This document shows positions 18,484 to 28,986 of a DNA stretch of 64,000 nt, in pieces. The notes beneath the pieces are model-generated. The model was not told the origin of the DNA, ran no database searches, and was given only the letters and a program-made list of their open reading frames with translations. The stretch covers positions 137 through 64,136 of the forward strand of contig CACXGV010000029.1 of the NCBI GenBank assembly GCA_902767375.1. The letters run 5' to 3'. A program made the translations under genes and the position numbers. The stretch is from an uncultured Erysipelotrichaceae bacterium. Lineage in GTDB: Bacteria; Bacillota_I; Bacilli_A; RF39; UBA660. Numbering within the stretch: the stretch's first letter is position 1; each line of letters begins with the position of its first letter.

Positions 18484-18927
18484 ATGAAAGTTATATTATT
18501 AAAAGATGTTAAAAAGCAGGGAAAAAAAGACCAAATAATAGAAGTTAGCGATGGCTATGCTCAAAATTTCTTAATTAAAAATGGACTTGCCGTAAAATAT
18601 ACTGCTGGCAGTAAAAACATCTTAGATCAAGAATTAAAAGAAAAAAAAGATAACGAAGAAGCATTAGTAAAAGAATGCGAAAATATTAAAGAAAGATTAG
18701 CTAAAACTGAATTAACTTTTAAAGTAAAAACAGGTAAATCTGGAAAAATCTTTGGTAGTATCTCATCAAAACAAATAGCCGATGAGCTTGCAAAAAAAGG
18801 TATTACAATTGATAAGAAAACAATTAAAATTGATAATCCAATTGATACCTTGGGAGTACATTTAGTTGATATTAATCTTCATAAAAGAGTAAAAGGGCAA
18901 ATAAAAATAAATGTAAAAGAGGGATAA
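18484..18927 (+). CDS. rplI: 50S ribosomal protein L9
   Basis: GGGAGG RBS; MKVILLKDVKKQGKKDQIIEVSDGYAQNFL typical L9 start (ORF-track start 18469 lies inside the RBS). Confidence 0.9.
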   Translation: MKVILLKDVKKQGKKDQIIEVSDGYAQNFLIKNGLAVKYTAGSKNILDQELKEKKDNEEALVKECENIKERLAKTELTFKVKTGKSGKIFGSISSKQIADELAKKGITIDKKTIKIDNPIDTLGVHLVDINLHKRVKGQIKINVKEG

Positions 18928-18928
18928 T

Positions 18929-20272
18929 ATGGCTGAAAGAATAATGCCTCAAAACTTAGATGCAGAAATGAATGTCCTTGGATGTGCATTTCTAACTAAA
19001 TACGCTGAAGATAAAATTTGTGAAGAACTAGACACAGATATGTTTTATAGTGAGGCAAACAAAAGAATTTTTTCTGCAATTAAAACCCTTCACCAAAATA
19101 AAATACCTCTAGATTCTGCAACCGTAAAAAACGAAATTGACAAAAAAGGATCTATAAATGCCATTGGAGGCATTGAGTATTTAAGTGAAGTAATTGACTC
19201 AGTAATATCAGCAGCCAATGTAGATTATTATATTGACATTGTAAGAGATAAAGCCCTTAGAAGAAAACTAATAGATGTTACCAATAATATTATTACTAAT
19301 TCTTATAATGAGGAAGAAGATACCAATGATTTAATTGATGACGCTGAAAAAAGAATATTTAGTGTTACAAAAGCTCGTAAAGCCGGAGAATTTAAATCAA
19401 TTGGAGAAGTAATTAGATCAACCCAAGAACAATTAGAACGTCTAGCTAAAAATCAAAATGATATTACTGGAATTCCATCTGGTTTTTATGATTTAGATAA
19501 ATTAACAAGTGGTTTTCATGAAAATGAACTAATCATAATTGCTGCTCGTCCTGCCATGGGTAAAACAGCCTTTGGTTTAAATCTTGCTGTAAATGCTGCG
19601 AAAACGACTGATAAAGCAGTTGCTATTTTCAATATGGAGATGAGTGCTGAACAACTAGCAATGCGTATGATTTCTGCAGCCGGTGGTATTGAGCAAAATA
19701 AATTACGCACCGGTCGTTTAGAACATAATGACTGGAAAAAAGTTAATGAAGCTATGAGTGAACTTGGAGAAACAAATCTTTATATTGAAGACTCAAGTGG
19801 AATGACTATTTCTGAAATAAGAGCAAAATGCCGCCGACTAGCAACTAGCGAAAAAGGGCTAGCCATGATTGTAATCGACTACTTACAGCTAATAAGCGGT
19901 AGTGCAAGATATGAAGGAAATCGTCAACAAGAAGTATCCGAAATTTCACGTAGTTTAAAAACAATGGCTATGGAATTACAAGTCCCAGTTATTGCTTTAG
20001 CTCAATTATCACGTAGTGTTGAACTTCGTGAAAACAAAAGACCTATTATGTCCGATTTAAGAGAATCAGGTTCTATTGAACAAGATGCTGACATTGTAGC
20101 CTTCCTATATCGTGATGACTATTACAATAAAACTGCCGCTGAGAATACTGATGTATCAGTAACTGAATTAATCATCGGCAAACATCGTAGTGGCGGAACA
20201 GGTACTATCGAACTTCTATTTGAAAGAAGTATGAGTAACTTTAGAAACTATATTAAAAAAGAAGAAAAATAA
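18929..20272 (+). CDS. dnaB: Replicative DNA helicase
   Basis: PQNLDAEMNVLG N-terminal motif; Walker A ARPAMGKTAF; 447 aa. Confidence 0.9.
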   Translation: MAERIMPQNLDAEMNVLGCAFLTKYAEDKICEELDTDMFYSEANKRIFSAIKTLHQNKIPLDSATVKNEIDKKGSINAIGGIEYLSEVIDSVISAANVDYYIDIVRDKALRRKLIDVTNNIITNSYNEEEDTNDLIDDAEKRIFSVTKARKAGEFKSIGEVIRSTQEQLERLAKNQNDITGIPSGFYDLDKLTSGFHENELIIIAARPAMGKTAFGLNLAVNAAKTTDKAVAIFNMEMSAEQLAMRMISAAGGIEQNKLRTGRLEHNDWKKVNEAMSELGETNLYIEDSSGMTISEIRAKCRRLATSEKGLAMIVIDYLQLISGSARYEGNRQQEVSEISRSLKTMAMELQVPVIALAQLSRSVELRENKRPIMSDLRESGSIEQDADIVAFLYRDDYYNKTAAENTDVSVTELIIGKHRSGGTGTIELLFERSMSNFRNYIKKEEK

Positions 20273-20287
20273 TAAAGAAGTGATGAA

Positions 20288-21793
20288 ATGAAAAATAAAA
20301 ATATAATTGCGCTTTTAATAACTATTGTATTAGGAGTATTTATAATATTTATATCTTTAAACGGAGTAGCGTATGCATCTCCAGTAGAAGTATATAAGGT
20401 ATATCTAAATGGCAAAACAATTGGATATATTGAATCTAAAGATGAACTTCTAGAATTAATAGATCAAAAGCAAAATGAAATAAAACAAAAATATAATATA
20501 AATAAGGTATATCCTCCAAATGGGTTAAATATTGAAAAAATAACAACTTATAAAAATGATATTAAATCTGCGGAAGAAATATATAATCGTATTGAACAAG
20601 TAGAACCATTTACTATTGAAGGATACATCGTAACAATTAAATATCCAGATAAAGATCGTAAGCCGTTATATATATATACATTAGAGAAAGAATTCTTTGA
20701 AGAAGCTTTCTACAATACAGTAGCAGCCTTTGTAGGTGCTGAACAATTAGATGATTATAAAAATAATACTCAAGAAGAAATAAAAGATGAAGGTGAAAGA
20801 GTAGAATCTATTTATTGGGAAGAAGACGTAACAATAAAAAAAGGTCTTATCAGTAATAAAGAAACAATCTTTACTTCATCAGATGATTTAAGTAAATACC
20901 TTTTATTTGGTACAACTGATAAACAAAGAACTTATACTGTAAAAGATGGAGATAACATTAATGATATTATTGAAAAAAACAACTTAAGTATAGAAGAATT
21001 CTTAGTAGCTAATCCATCTATTCCGGATAAAGATATTTTATTAAGTAAAGGGCAAGAAGTTTCCATTGGTCTAATTGCACCAGTAGTAACAATTGTTCAT
21101 GAAATTGAAAAAGTTGAAAATATTACTAACAAATATGAAACTGAGTATAAAACTGATAGTTCACTTTATCGTGGAACTTCCAAAGTAATCCAAGAAGGAA
21201 CTAATGGTGTTGATAAAGTAACGGAGAAGATTCAATTTAAAAATGGAGATATTGATCAATTAGTTATTACTAAATCTGAAAAGGTAACTCCTACTGTTAA
21301 TAGAATAATAGCAAGAGGAACCAAAACAGCTCAAACTTACAACTATGATCCAACATATGCACCAGACTTAAGCGGTAGTGATTTCTTATGGCCAACAATT
21401 AAACCATATATTATTACCAGTAGATTTGGTTGGCGTTGGGGTAAACATCACAATGGAATCGATATTTCTGGTTGTGGATTCGGTTCACCAATATATGCTG
21501 TAAGTGACGGAACTGTTGTAGCAGTTGTAAACCATTGTGGTAACGTTGGTGGTTACGGAAATAGCTGTGGTAATTATTGGGGTAATCACGTAGATGTTCA
21601 ATATGGCGATTATAAATTTATTTATGCCCATTTAAAATCAGATGTAAGAGTAAGAGTAGGGCAAACCGTTACTCGTGGGCAACAAGTAGGAAGCATGGGA
21701 TCAAGTGGTTCATCAACCGGAACTCACTTACACTTTGGTATAGTAGGTCCAAATGGTAATTATATAAATCCATGTTCAATGATTAAATGTTAG
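20288..21793 (+). CDS. M23-family metallopeptidase with LysM and G5-like domains
   Basis: N-terminal TM; YTVKDGDNINDIIEKNNLSIEEF LysM-like; C-terminal HNGIDISGCGFGSPIYA...THLHFGI M23 motifs. Confidence 0.7.
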   Translation: MKNKNIIALLITIVLGVFIIFISLNGVAYASPVEVYKVYLNGKTIGYIESKDELLELIDQKQNEIKQKYNINKVYPPNGLNIEKITTYKNDIKSAEEIYNRIEQVEPFTIEGYIVTIKYPDKDRKPLYIYTLEKEFFEEAFYNTVAAFVGAEQLDDYKNNTQEEIKDEGERVESIYWEEDVTIKKGLISNKETIFTSSDDLSKYLLFGTTDKQRTYTVKDGDNINDIIEKNNLSIEEFLVANPSIPDKDILLSKGQEVSIGLIAPVVTIVHEIEKVENITNKYETEYKTDSSLYRGTSKVIQEGTNGVDKVTEKIQFKNGDIDQLVITKSEKVTPTVNRIIARGTKTAQTYNYDPTYAPDLSGSDFLWPTIKPYIITSRFGWRWGKHHNGIDISGCGFGSPIYAVSDGTVVAVVNHCGNVGGYGNSCGNYWGNHVDVQYGDYKFIYAHLKSDVRVRVGQTVTRGQQVGSMGSSGSSTGTHLHFGIVGPNGNYINPCSMIKC

Positions 21794-22551
21794 TTAGTGT
21801 TTTGGAAAGTGGTTCAAAAGGCAACTGTACTCTTATTAAAGGAAAAGAAGCTAACCTACTAATAGATGCTGGCGGAACACTAAAATATATTGAAGAAAAA
21901 CTAAACGAAAATGAATTATCAATTGATAAAATTAATTATATATTAATATCTCATTCTCATTCAGACCATACAAATGCTTTACAAAGCATCATAAAAAAAG
22001 CTCATCCGACCATAATAGTATCTGAGCTAATGTATAAAGACCTTGGCTTTTTAAAAAGATACGAAAATGTTATGTATATGCAAGATAGTTTTAATCTAGA
22101 TGATTTACAAATAGAAACAATTAAGACTAGTCATGACACAACTGATAGTAGAGGCTTTATAATAACTGAAGGTAATTCTTCAATAGTTCAAATAACTGAT
22201 ACTGGATATTTAAATCAAAAATATTTTAATAAATTAAAAAATAAAAATTTATATATCATGGAAAGCAATCATAATATTGAAATGCTTATGCACGGAAGAT
22301 ATCCTAAATGGTTAAAAGCAAGGGTGGCCAGCGATGTTGGGCACCTTTCTAATGAGTCTTCTGCATATTATTTATCTAAACTAATTGGGGAAAATACTAA
22401 AAAAGTAATCTTAGCTCACCTTAGTGAAGAGAATAATACACCAGAGATAGCACTCTCAACCTTAAAAAAAGAATTAGAAGATAATAATATAGATTTTAAT
22501 AGCATTGAAGCAGCCAAACAAAATGAAAGGACTGAGCTAATAGAGGTATGA
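21787..22551 (+). CDS. MBL-fold metallo-hydrolase, YycJ/WalJ-like
   Basis: MLVSVLESGSKGNCTLI start; HSHSDH motif; 254 aa; followed by rlmH as in the yycJ-rlmH synteny. Confidence 0.7.
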   Translation: MLVSVLESGSKGNCTLIKGKEANLLIDAGGTLKYIEEKLNENELSIDKINYILISHSHSDHTNALQSIIKKAHPTIIVSELMYKDLGFLKRYENVMYMQDSFNLDDLQIETIKTSHDTTDSRGFIITEGNSSIVQITDTGYLNQKYFNKLKNKNLYIMESNHNIEMLMHGRYPKWLKARVASDVGHLSNESSAYYLSKLIGENTKKVILAHLSEENNTPEIALSTLKKELEDNNIDFNSIEAAKQNERTELIEV

Positions 22552-22982
22552 TAAGAATAATATGCCCAGGTAAAATTAAAGAGCAATATTTAGTTAATAT
22601 GATAGAAGATTATTTAAAAAGAATTAACAAGTATCATAAAACTGAAATAGTTGAAATACCAGATTCAAATCCAAAAGAAGAAGGACATCTTATTATATCC
22701 AAATTAAATAATCGTAGTTTCAAGGTTGGCTTATGCATTAATGGCGAAAAACTTGATTCAATTGAGTTTTCAAATTTTATAAGTAAAAATTTAATGAATT
22801 ATGCTAATATAGATTTTATTATTGGCGGTTCAGATGGATTGTCAGATGAGGTATTACAAAGTATAGATTATAAGTTATCATTTAGTACTTTAACTTTTCC
22901 TCATGGCCTTTTTAGAGCAATTTTATTAGAACAAATATACAGGGGATTTAAAATTATTAATAATGAAACATATCATAAGTGA
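22548..22982 (+). CDS. rlmH: 23S rRNA (pseudouridine1915-N3)-methyltransferase RlmH (SPOUT)
   Basis: MIRIICPGKIKEQYL start; 144 aa; position after yycJ. Confidence 0.7.
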   Translation: MIRIICPGKIKEQYLVNMIEDYLKRINKYHKTEIVEIPDSNPKEEGHLIISKLNNRSFKVGLCINGEKLDSIEFSNFISKNLMNYANIDFIIGGSDGLSDEVLQSIDYKLSFSTLTFPHGLFRAILLEQIYRGFKIINNETYHK

Positions 22983-22991
22983 GGTAATAAT

Positions 22992-23417
22992 ATGGATAAT
23001 TTAATTTATGTTGTTGGAACAGCTTTTGTTAGAGATGGAAAATTACTAATAAGTATGTCCCAAAGAAGTGCCAAAAAAGGAAGATATACATTAGTTGGTG
23101 GTGGTGTTGAAAAGGGAGAAACCTTTAAAGAAGCCGCTAGAAGAGAATGCCAAGAAGAAATATCTAATGGATTTGATATTGAGGAAGATCAATTAGAAGA
23201 AATATTATGTTTTAGAGAACCCGCTCTATCTGATCCAACATTAATGATTGAAATGCACATGATGAAAGCCTTAAAAGATATTGATGTTGAACTTTTACCT
23301 AACGATGAAATTGTTGAATATAAATGGTTTACTTTAGGTGATGATGAAAGTCAGCTTGCATCAGCAGTAAGAGACCACTTTATCCCATGGGCAATCGAAA
23401 ACAATATAATGTATTAG
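22992..23417 (+). CDS. NUDIX hydrolase
   Basis: GGGVEKGETFKEAARRECQEEIS Nudix box. Confidence 0.75.
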   Translation: MDNLIYVVGTAFVRDGKLLISMSQRSAKKGRYTLVGGGVEKGETFKEAARRECQEEISNGFDIEEDQLEEILCFREPALSDPTLMIEMHMMKALKDIDVELLPNDEIVEYKWFTLGDDESQLASAVRDHFIPWAIENNIMY

Positions 23418-23424
23418 GAATATC

Positions 23425-24600
23425 ATGAATAAAAATATCAAGAAATTATTTATATTAATAATCTTTTTTGCAATAGCCGAAGGTATGTTTTATAACTTAC
23501 TTGAACTATGGATTCAAAACAATAATATGACTATAACTACTACTAGTAGAGTTCTAAGTTTGAGTGCCCTTATAACTGTTTCGGTTATCTTTTTATGTTC
23601 AAATCTAATAAAAACTAAAAACTTAAAAAGATTTATATCTACTCTTTTATTTATAAGAGTAGTTGTTCTTATCGCCCTTCATTTTCTATATCAAACAGGA
23701 TATAATATTCCAATAAAATTTCTAATAATGGTTGACTATGCTTTATCAGTCGAGACTTTAGTATCTATTTACCCATTAATGTCATTTTTTGGTAAAGATG
23801 ATAAATTATATGCTAAAAAGAATTTATTGTATGAAATCTTTTACTATATAGCATCATTTGCAACAGGATTTTTAGTAGGCAAAACAATTTTTAACTATCA
23901 ATTCAACTACAATAGTTATACTTTATTGTCAGCACTATGTTTTATGATATGCTATATTGCATTATATAAAGTAGAAATACCCAACAAAAAAGTTGATGAT
24001 CACAATAACCTTCTAATTAATTTCCTTTCAAAAGTTAAAAAAGACAAGATATCTCATTTATATTTTGGATACGTAATAACAAATGACATTTCATTTTATG
24101 CTTTAAGTGGAATGTTAATAACAATCCTAACTAAAAATTTCAATCTAGAACCAAGTCTAGCTTCTAATATTAAACTTGCATTTGCTATAGTAGCAGTTGG
24201 TATAGGTGCTTTAATACTATATAAATTAACTTTAAAAAATAATTATATAAACCTATCAATTAAATTAGTTGGTAGAATAATATGTTACCTATTAGTGGTT
24301 ATTTATTGCAATTCAATTACTATAATAATAGGTTTACTTTATACAGTCTTAACATCATCAGCATATGGGCATGTAACAGATGCTCCATACATAAATAGAT
24401 TTAATAATGAAGAACAATTAGCATTTGCAAATTTACATGAAATGATAGTTTATGCATCAAGAGCATTGGGTACCTTCATTTGCGGATTAGGTATTGTTTA
24501 TGGATTAAGATATAACTTTATTATAGCGTTTGTTTTTACTTCCATCTGCACCATATTTGCAATACTTGCTCGTTATTATTTAGAGAAAGAAAGAAGGTAA
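23425..24600 (+). CDS. Polytopic membrane protein (MFS-like transporter)
   Basis: About 12 hydrophobic segments; 391 aa. Confidence 0.5.
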   Translation: MNKNIKKLFILIIFFAIAEGMFYNLLELWIQNNNMTITTTSRVLSLSALITVSVIFLCSNLIKTKNLKRFISTLLFIRVVVLIALHFLYQTGYNIPIKFLIMVDYALSVETLVSIYPLMSFFGKDDKLYAKKNLLYEIFYYIASFATGFLVGKTIFNYQFNYNSYTLLSALCFMICYIALYKVEIPNKKVDDHNNLLINFLSKVKKDKISHLYFGYVITNDISFYALSGMLITILTKNFNLEPSLASNIKLAFAIVAVGIGALILYKLTLKNNYINLSIKLVGRIICYLLVVIYCNSITIIIGLLYTVLTSSAYGHVTDAPYINRFNNEEQLAFANLHEMIVYASRALGTFICGLGIVYGLRYNFIIAFVFTSICTIFAILARYYLEKERR

Positions 24601-24604
24601 TCAT

Positions 24605-25264
24605 ATGATTGGTAACTCTTGGGATAAAAAATTAAGTATCATTTGGAATAGTCCTGGTTTTGCATCATTTTGGAAAAATATTGAGCATGAATATGCCACT
24701 AAGACTATCTATCCATTAAAAGAAAATATTTTTAATGCTTTAAAACTAACTCCTTATGAAAACGTTAAAGTAGTAATTGTTGGTCAAGATCCATATCATG
24801 GAGAAGGAGAAGCACATGGACTATCTTTCTCTGTCCAAAAAGGAATTAAGCTTCCTCCCAGTCTTCAAAATATTTATAAGGAAATATATGATGATTTAGG
24901 TATTGAAGAACCAAACTCAGGAGACTTAACTAAATGGGCTGAAGAAGGAGTACTTCTTTTAAACTCCTCACTTACCGTCGTTAAAGATACTCCTAATTCC
25001 CATCAAAAATTAGGCTGGAATAGACTAACAGATTATATAATAAAAGTATTAAATCAAAAAGAAGAACCAGTAGTATTTATACTTTGGGGCAACTTTGCTA
25101 AAAGTAAAAAAGAGTTTATTACTAATCCTAAACATTTAATATTAGAATCTACACATCCATCACCTTTTTCTGCTAGATATGGTTTTTTTGGTAGCCACCC
25201 ATTTTCAAAAACGAATCAGTTTTTAGAACAAAATGGATTAGATCCAATTAATTGGCAATTATAA
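24605..25264 (+). CDS. ung: Uracil-DNA glycosylase (family 1)
   Basis: VIVGQDPYHGEGEAHGLSFSV and HPSPFSA motifs. Confidence 0.9.
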   Translation: MIGNSWDKKLSIIWNSPGFASFWKNIEHEYATKTIYPLKENIFNALKLTPYENVKVVIVGQDPYHGEGEAHGLSFSVQKGIKLPPSLQNIYKEIYDDLGIEEPNSGDLTKWAEEGVLLLNSSLTVVKDTPNSHQKLGWNRLTDYIIKVLNQKEEPVVFILWGNFAKSKKEFITNPKHLILESTHPSPFSARYGFFGSHPFSKTNQFLEQNGLDPINWQL

Positions 25265-25287
25265 GTTAGAATATCTAACTTTTTTTG
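25264..25287 (+). terminator. Rho-independent terminator
   Basis: AGTTAGA-ata-TCTAACT then TTTTTTT. Confidence 0.7.
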
Positions 25288-25331
25288 TTTTCTTAAATAA
25301 AATATATTATAATAAATAATAGGAGGCTAAG

Positions 25332-27056
25332 ATGGTTAATTATGACTTAACAAATCCTTCTATTTTTCAATCAGTATTTGATACTACTGATCCTCTTACT
25401 GTTCTTGAAAATGAGAATATTGTTTTTACATGTTATCAAAACCTTGCTAGACAAATGCAGGGCAATGCCCAATATGATGCCTCATATCGCTTTAAAAGAG
25501 ATTTAATTGAAAATTATGTTTTACATCTTGCATATAAAAAGAAAAGAAGCAAAGCTGAAGAGGGAATCCTAAGTAAATATCAAATATTTTATAGTAGATT
25601 ATTTTCTAATTTTAGCTTTGATTATCTTGTAGGTTCAAAAATATATAAATATTATGAATATATCTTACCTAAAGAAATTATATATAAAGAACATGATCGA
25701 ATAGTTTATACAACGCAAAAAGCTATCGAAATTTTTAATAAATTTAGACATAAAGAAAGAATATCTAATTATGAACTAAACTATATGTTTGAATATTTTA
25801 CTAACAATATAGATAGTGAAAATGAAATGATAAAAGCCATGATGAAGGCCTTAAGTAAATGGTTATTAATAACTAATATTGATTATGGTATTTATTCTAA
25901 AATTTTCTTACTATCTTATTTAATGCATAATTTTTGTGCTGAAAATATTTATATGGATGTACCAATATATGTAACTGACAAATATTTATTAGATGGGAAA
26001 CCACACAATGCATTTGGAAGAGCAATGACTCCTCATAGAATAATATCCTTAAAGTATGATTTGGTAAATGGTTTACCATCAGATATAATAGAATATAAAT
26101 TCAGAGTGCCCAGAACTATTAAAATTCTTCACTCCTTATTTCACGAACTTCAACATATTCGTCAATATAATGAATTTAAAAATGATTTTGCTTTAACTAG
26201 TACAACCTTTAATATAATAAAGCATCGTATATTAAATAAATATCTATCAACTAAAGATGAGGATGAATATATGGTTAACTATTCAGACAGAGAGACTGAA
26301 AGAGAAGCAAATATTGAAGGCTGGGTAGGAACCTATAAAACATTAAATGAATTAGCACCATCTAGAATAAAAGAAATAGATGAGGCAAAAATAAACGCGA
26401 CGATTACAGCTTATGAACAAAGCGTTGCTATTCAAACTAATCTAGAATCTAGAAAGCAAGAAGAAATAGATATTTATAATGTTCGAAAACTAACATCCAT
26501 CATTGCTAAACATCCAGGTTTATTAAAAGAATATCGTTCATTAAGAGTATTCTATAACATTAATGGAAAAAGAAAAAAACTATCTGAAATTATACCTCTA
26601 TATAATGATTTAGAAATTAATCATACTGTATATGAAGGCTATGATATCGATTTAGATGTATTTGATGAATTTATTAAATCAATGATAATAGACGATGGTA
26701 TTAATAGTTACCCATTAAATCAAGAAGAAAAATATCAAATAACTTGGTTTAGTATTATTTTCAAACTATATGAAAATGAATATCGCAACATTAAGCAAAT
26801 GTATTCCATTAAAGATGAATTAAATCAAGATACAATTAATCACTTTAGTGAAGCCAGAATTAATTATATGCAAATGTATAAAATCTATTTAGAAAGAAAT
26901 TATAACCAAATAAAGCATTTAAAAAATTTTACTAATTATCATAATAAAAGATTTGATACTTTAGAATTAAGTACCATTCAGGCTATGTTTAATGAATGTA
27001 TTGTTTTAACTAGTAAACTATATAGTAATAAGAAAGGAGCAGCATATGGAATTTAA
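25332..27056 (+). CDS. Hypothetical 574-aa cytoplasmic protein with HExxH motif
   Basis: AGGAGG RBS; LFHELQHIRQ HExxH with downstream Glu (ETEREAN); no family recognised. Confidence 0.5.
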   Translation: MVNYDLTNPSIFQSVFDTTDPLTVLENENIVFTCYQNLARQMQGNAQYDASYRFKRDLIENYVLHLAYKKKRSKAEEGILSKYQIFYSRLFSNFSFDYLVGSKIYKYYEYILPKEIIYKEHDRIVYTTQKAIEIFNKFRHKERISNYELNYMFEYFTNNIDSENEMIKAMMKALSKWLLITNIDYGIYSKIFLLSYLMHNFCAENIYMDVPIYVTDKYLLDGKPHNAFGRAMTPHRIISLKYDLVNGLPSDIIEYKFRVPRTIKILHSLFHELQHIRQYNEFKNDFALTSTTFNIIKHRILNKYLSTKDEDEYMVNYSDRETEREANIEGWVGTYKTLNELAPSRIKEIDEAKINATITAYEQSVAIQTNLESRKQEEIDIYNVRKLTSIIAKHPGLLKEYRSLRVFYNINGKRKKLSEIIPLYNDLEINHTVYEGYDIDLDVFDEFIKSMIIDDGINSYPLNQEEKYQITWFSIIFKLYENEYRNIKQMYSIKDELNQDTINHFSEARINYMQMYKIYLERNYNQIKHLKNFTNYHNKRFDTLELSTIQAMFNECIVLTSKLYSNKKGAAYGI

Positions 27057-27231
27057 TGATATATATAAGCAAATTTTAGAATTTAAAGAAGAACCGAAAC
27101 CTCTAACTGATAAAGAAGTTATTAATCTTGCTAAAAAGACTGCTCTAGCAGAATACATAGAAAACAAAGATAATGATAATGCTAAAAAACTAATTATTGA
27201 AATAAAAAAAGAAACTACTTCAAAAGAGTAG
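27046..27231 (+). CDS. Small acidic hypothetical protein (61 aa), start overlaps upstream gene
   Basis: GGAG just upstream; 11-nt overlap with the 574-aa ORF. Confidence 0.35.
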   Translation: MEFNDIYKQILEFKEEPKPLTDKEVINLAKKTALAEYIENKDNDNAKKLIIEIKKETTSKE

Positions 27232-27234
27232 TTT

Positions 27235-27813
27235 TTATAATTTAAAATCTTTTATATCATCATCAAACATATCTTTTCCATCAAAAAATGGTTGAACTTT
27301 TATATGATGAATAAAAGCTATTATATTTGAAGGAAATTGTTTAATTGTTTTATTAAGAATATTAGTATATTTATTATAAAATGATTTAGCTGCTTCTAAT
27401 TTTTCATTAATGCCATAAATCTCATCGTAATAGTTCTTAAATCTTGGATCATTATCTAATACATCATAATCATTTTTAATTTTAGAAATTAAAGCATTAA
27501 ATTCAGCTAGCTTTCTTTCAAAATCAAAACTAGATATATTTTGCTCTTTAATTTTTTTAAACTCCTCAAATGTTTTATCTGGAAGATCAGTTTCATCAAT
27601 AATAACATCTTTTATAAGCACTAATGAATCATATTTTTTTCTAAGTAACTCATCGATAATGCTTTCTGATTCATTAATTTTAATTCTATAAACCTGCAAA
27701 TTATTAAAAATAAGCATATATACTATTCCAATTATTCCAAATATTGCAATGACAATTAATATTGCAGTAACTACTGGTCCCATATTATCACCTATAGTAA
27801 TTATATCACACAA
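27235..27813 (-). CDS. LemA-like membrane-anchored protein
   Basis: Single N-terminal TM (VVTAILIVIAIFGIIGIVYMLIF) then helical domain; convergent with upstream + genes. Confidence 0.5.
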   Translation of the reverse strand: MCDIITIGDNMGPVVTAILIVIAIFGIIGIVYMLIFNNLQVYRIKINESESIIDELLRKKYDSLVLIKDVIIDETDLPDKTFEEFKKIKEQNISSFDFERKLAEFNALISKIKNDYDVLDNDPRFKNYYDEIYGINEKLEAAKSFYNKYTNILNKTIKQFPSNIIAFIHHIKVQPFFDGKDMFDDDIKDFKL

Positions 27814-27842
27814 CCAATCATAAAAGTAGTATAATTAGATAG

Positions 27843-28364
27843 ATGCTTATGGAAATAAATAAAATTGAAGTTGGATATTTAAAAACAAATTGTTATGTTT
27901 TAAAAAAGAATAATGATATTTTAATCATTGACCCCGGAGATGAATTTAATAAAATAGAACCATATTTAAATGGTAATGTACTTGGAATTATAATAACCCA
28001 TTATCATTTTGATCATATTGGAGCTATTGAAGACATTCAAAAAAAATATAATGTAAAAATATATGATATTAATAATTTAAATGATAATAATACCATTGGT
28101 TCATTTAGTTTCAAAATGATTAAAACACCTGGACACAAATCAGACCTAATAAGCTTACTATTTGATAATCATTTATTTTGCGGTGATTTTATTTTTGAAA
28201 ATGCTATTGGTAGAGTTGATCTTCCAACTGGTGATTATAATCAAATGAAAGAGAGCATAGCTAAAATAATTAAATTGCCTAAAAGCACCATTATATATCC
28301 AGGTCATGGTAACATTACATCATTAGATAAAGAGTATAATAATTTACTTAACTACCTTAGGTAG
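27843..28364 (+). CDS. MBL-fold metallo-hydrolase (glyoxalase-II-like)
   Basis: IIITHYHFDHIGAI motif; 173 aa. Confidence 0.7.
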   Translation: MLMEINKIEVGYLKTNCYVLKKNNDILIIDPGDEFNKIEPYLNGNVLGIIITHYHFDHIGAIEDIQKKYNVKIYDINNLNDNNTIGSFSFKMIKTPGHKSDLISLLFDNHLFCGDFIFENAIGRVDLPTGDYNQMKESIAKIIKLPKSTIIYPGHGNITSLDKEYNNLLNYLR

Positions 28365-28425
28365 TTTTTTTCTTGACTATTTTAAAAATATTATTATAAT
28401 AAAGTCTCAAAAGCGAGATGGTAAT

Positions 28426-28986
28426 ATGACTAAATATCGTTCATACATGCAAGAATACTTTAGGACTTATGATAATCCATTAGATGAGGATGTATCTAAA
28501 ACAATTATTTCATATTTAAAATTTTATGATTACATTCCTTTAAAAAAGAGTGAAAGATTTGTAGATAGATCTTATAAAACAACATTTTTTAATGGTACAA
28601 ATTTAGCTGTATTATATTTTGGCGAAGATAAGGCCATTTTAGTTGAATATGAAGGCAAAGTAGAAATATCTCCAATGAGAAGAATTAACTTTCTAAAACA
28701 AGAAATTCTTGAATATCAAGGAACCCTACGTGATAGATACATTATTTACACAAGAGATAAATATCGTAAATCTTTCTACTATGGGCCACTAAATTATCAA
28801 GGTATGAGAGATGACGACTATTATAAAAATAATATTCCTTCTGGAACAATGCCAGATGGAGTAAGAGATCACAGTGAATTCCCAGCCACAATGATGAGAA
28901 TAGTAGCGGCTGCCGAATATGGCAATGAAATAAGATGCCTAAAAATGGATGAACCAGTTTATCAAGGAAAGCAGGTTAAAAAATGA
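28426..28986 (+). CDS. Hypothetical protein, paralog 1 of a tandem pair (186 aa)
   Basis: Same length and shared blocks with the next gene (EYF, YL..Y.Y, (A/L)VL(Y/L)(F/I)EYEG). Confidence 0.5.
   Translation: MTKYRSYMQEYFRTYDNPLDEDVSKTIISYLKFYDYIPLKKSERFVDRSYKTTFFNGTNLAVLYFGEDKAILVEYEGKVEISPMRRINFLKQEILEYQGTLRDRYIIYTRDKYRKSFYYGPLNYQGMRDDDYYKNNIPSGTMPDGVRDHSEFPATMMRIVAAAEYGNEIRCLKMDEPVYQGKQVKK

Noticed and set aside
27046-27231. Possibility that the 61-aa ORF and the 574-aa ORF form a toxin-antitoxin pair
   Set aside because: Neither protein matches a known toxin or antitoxin fold and the large partner is far bigger than typical TA toxins. I report it only as a coupled pair.
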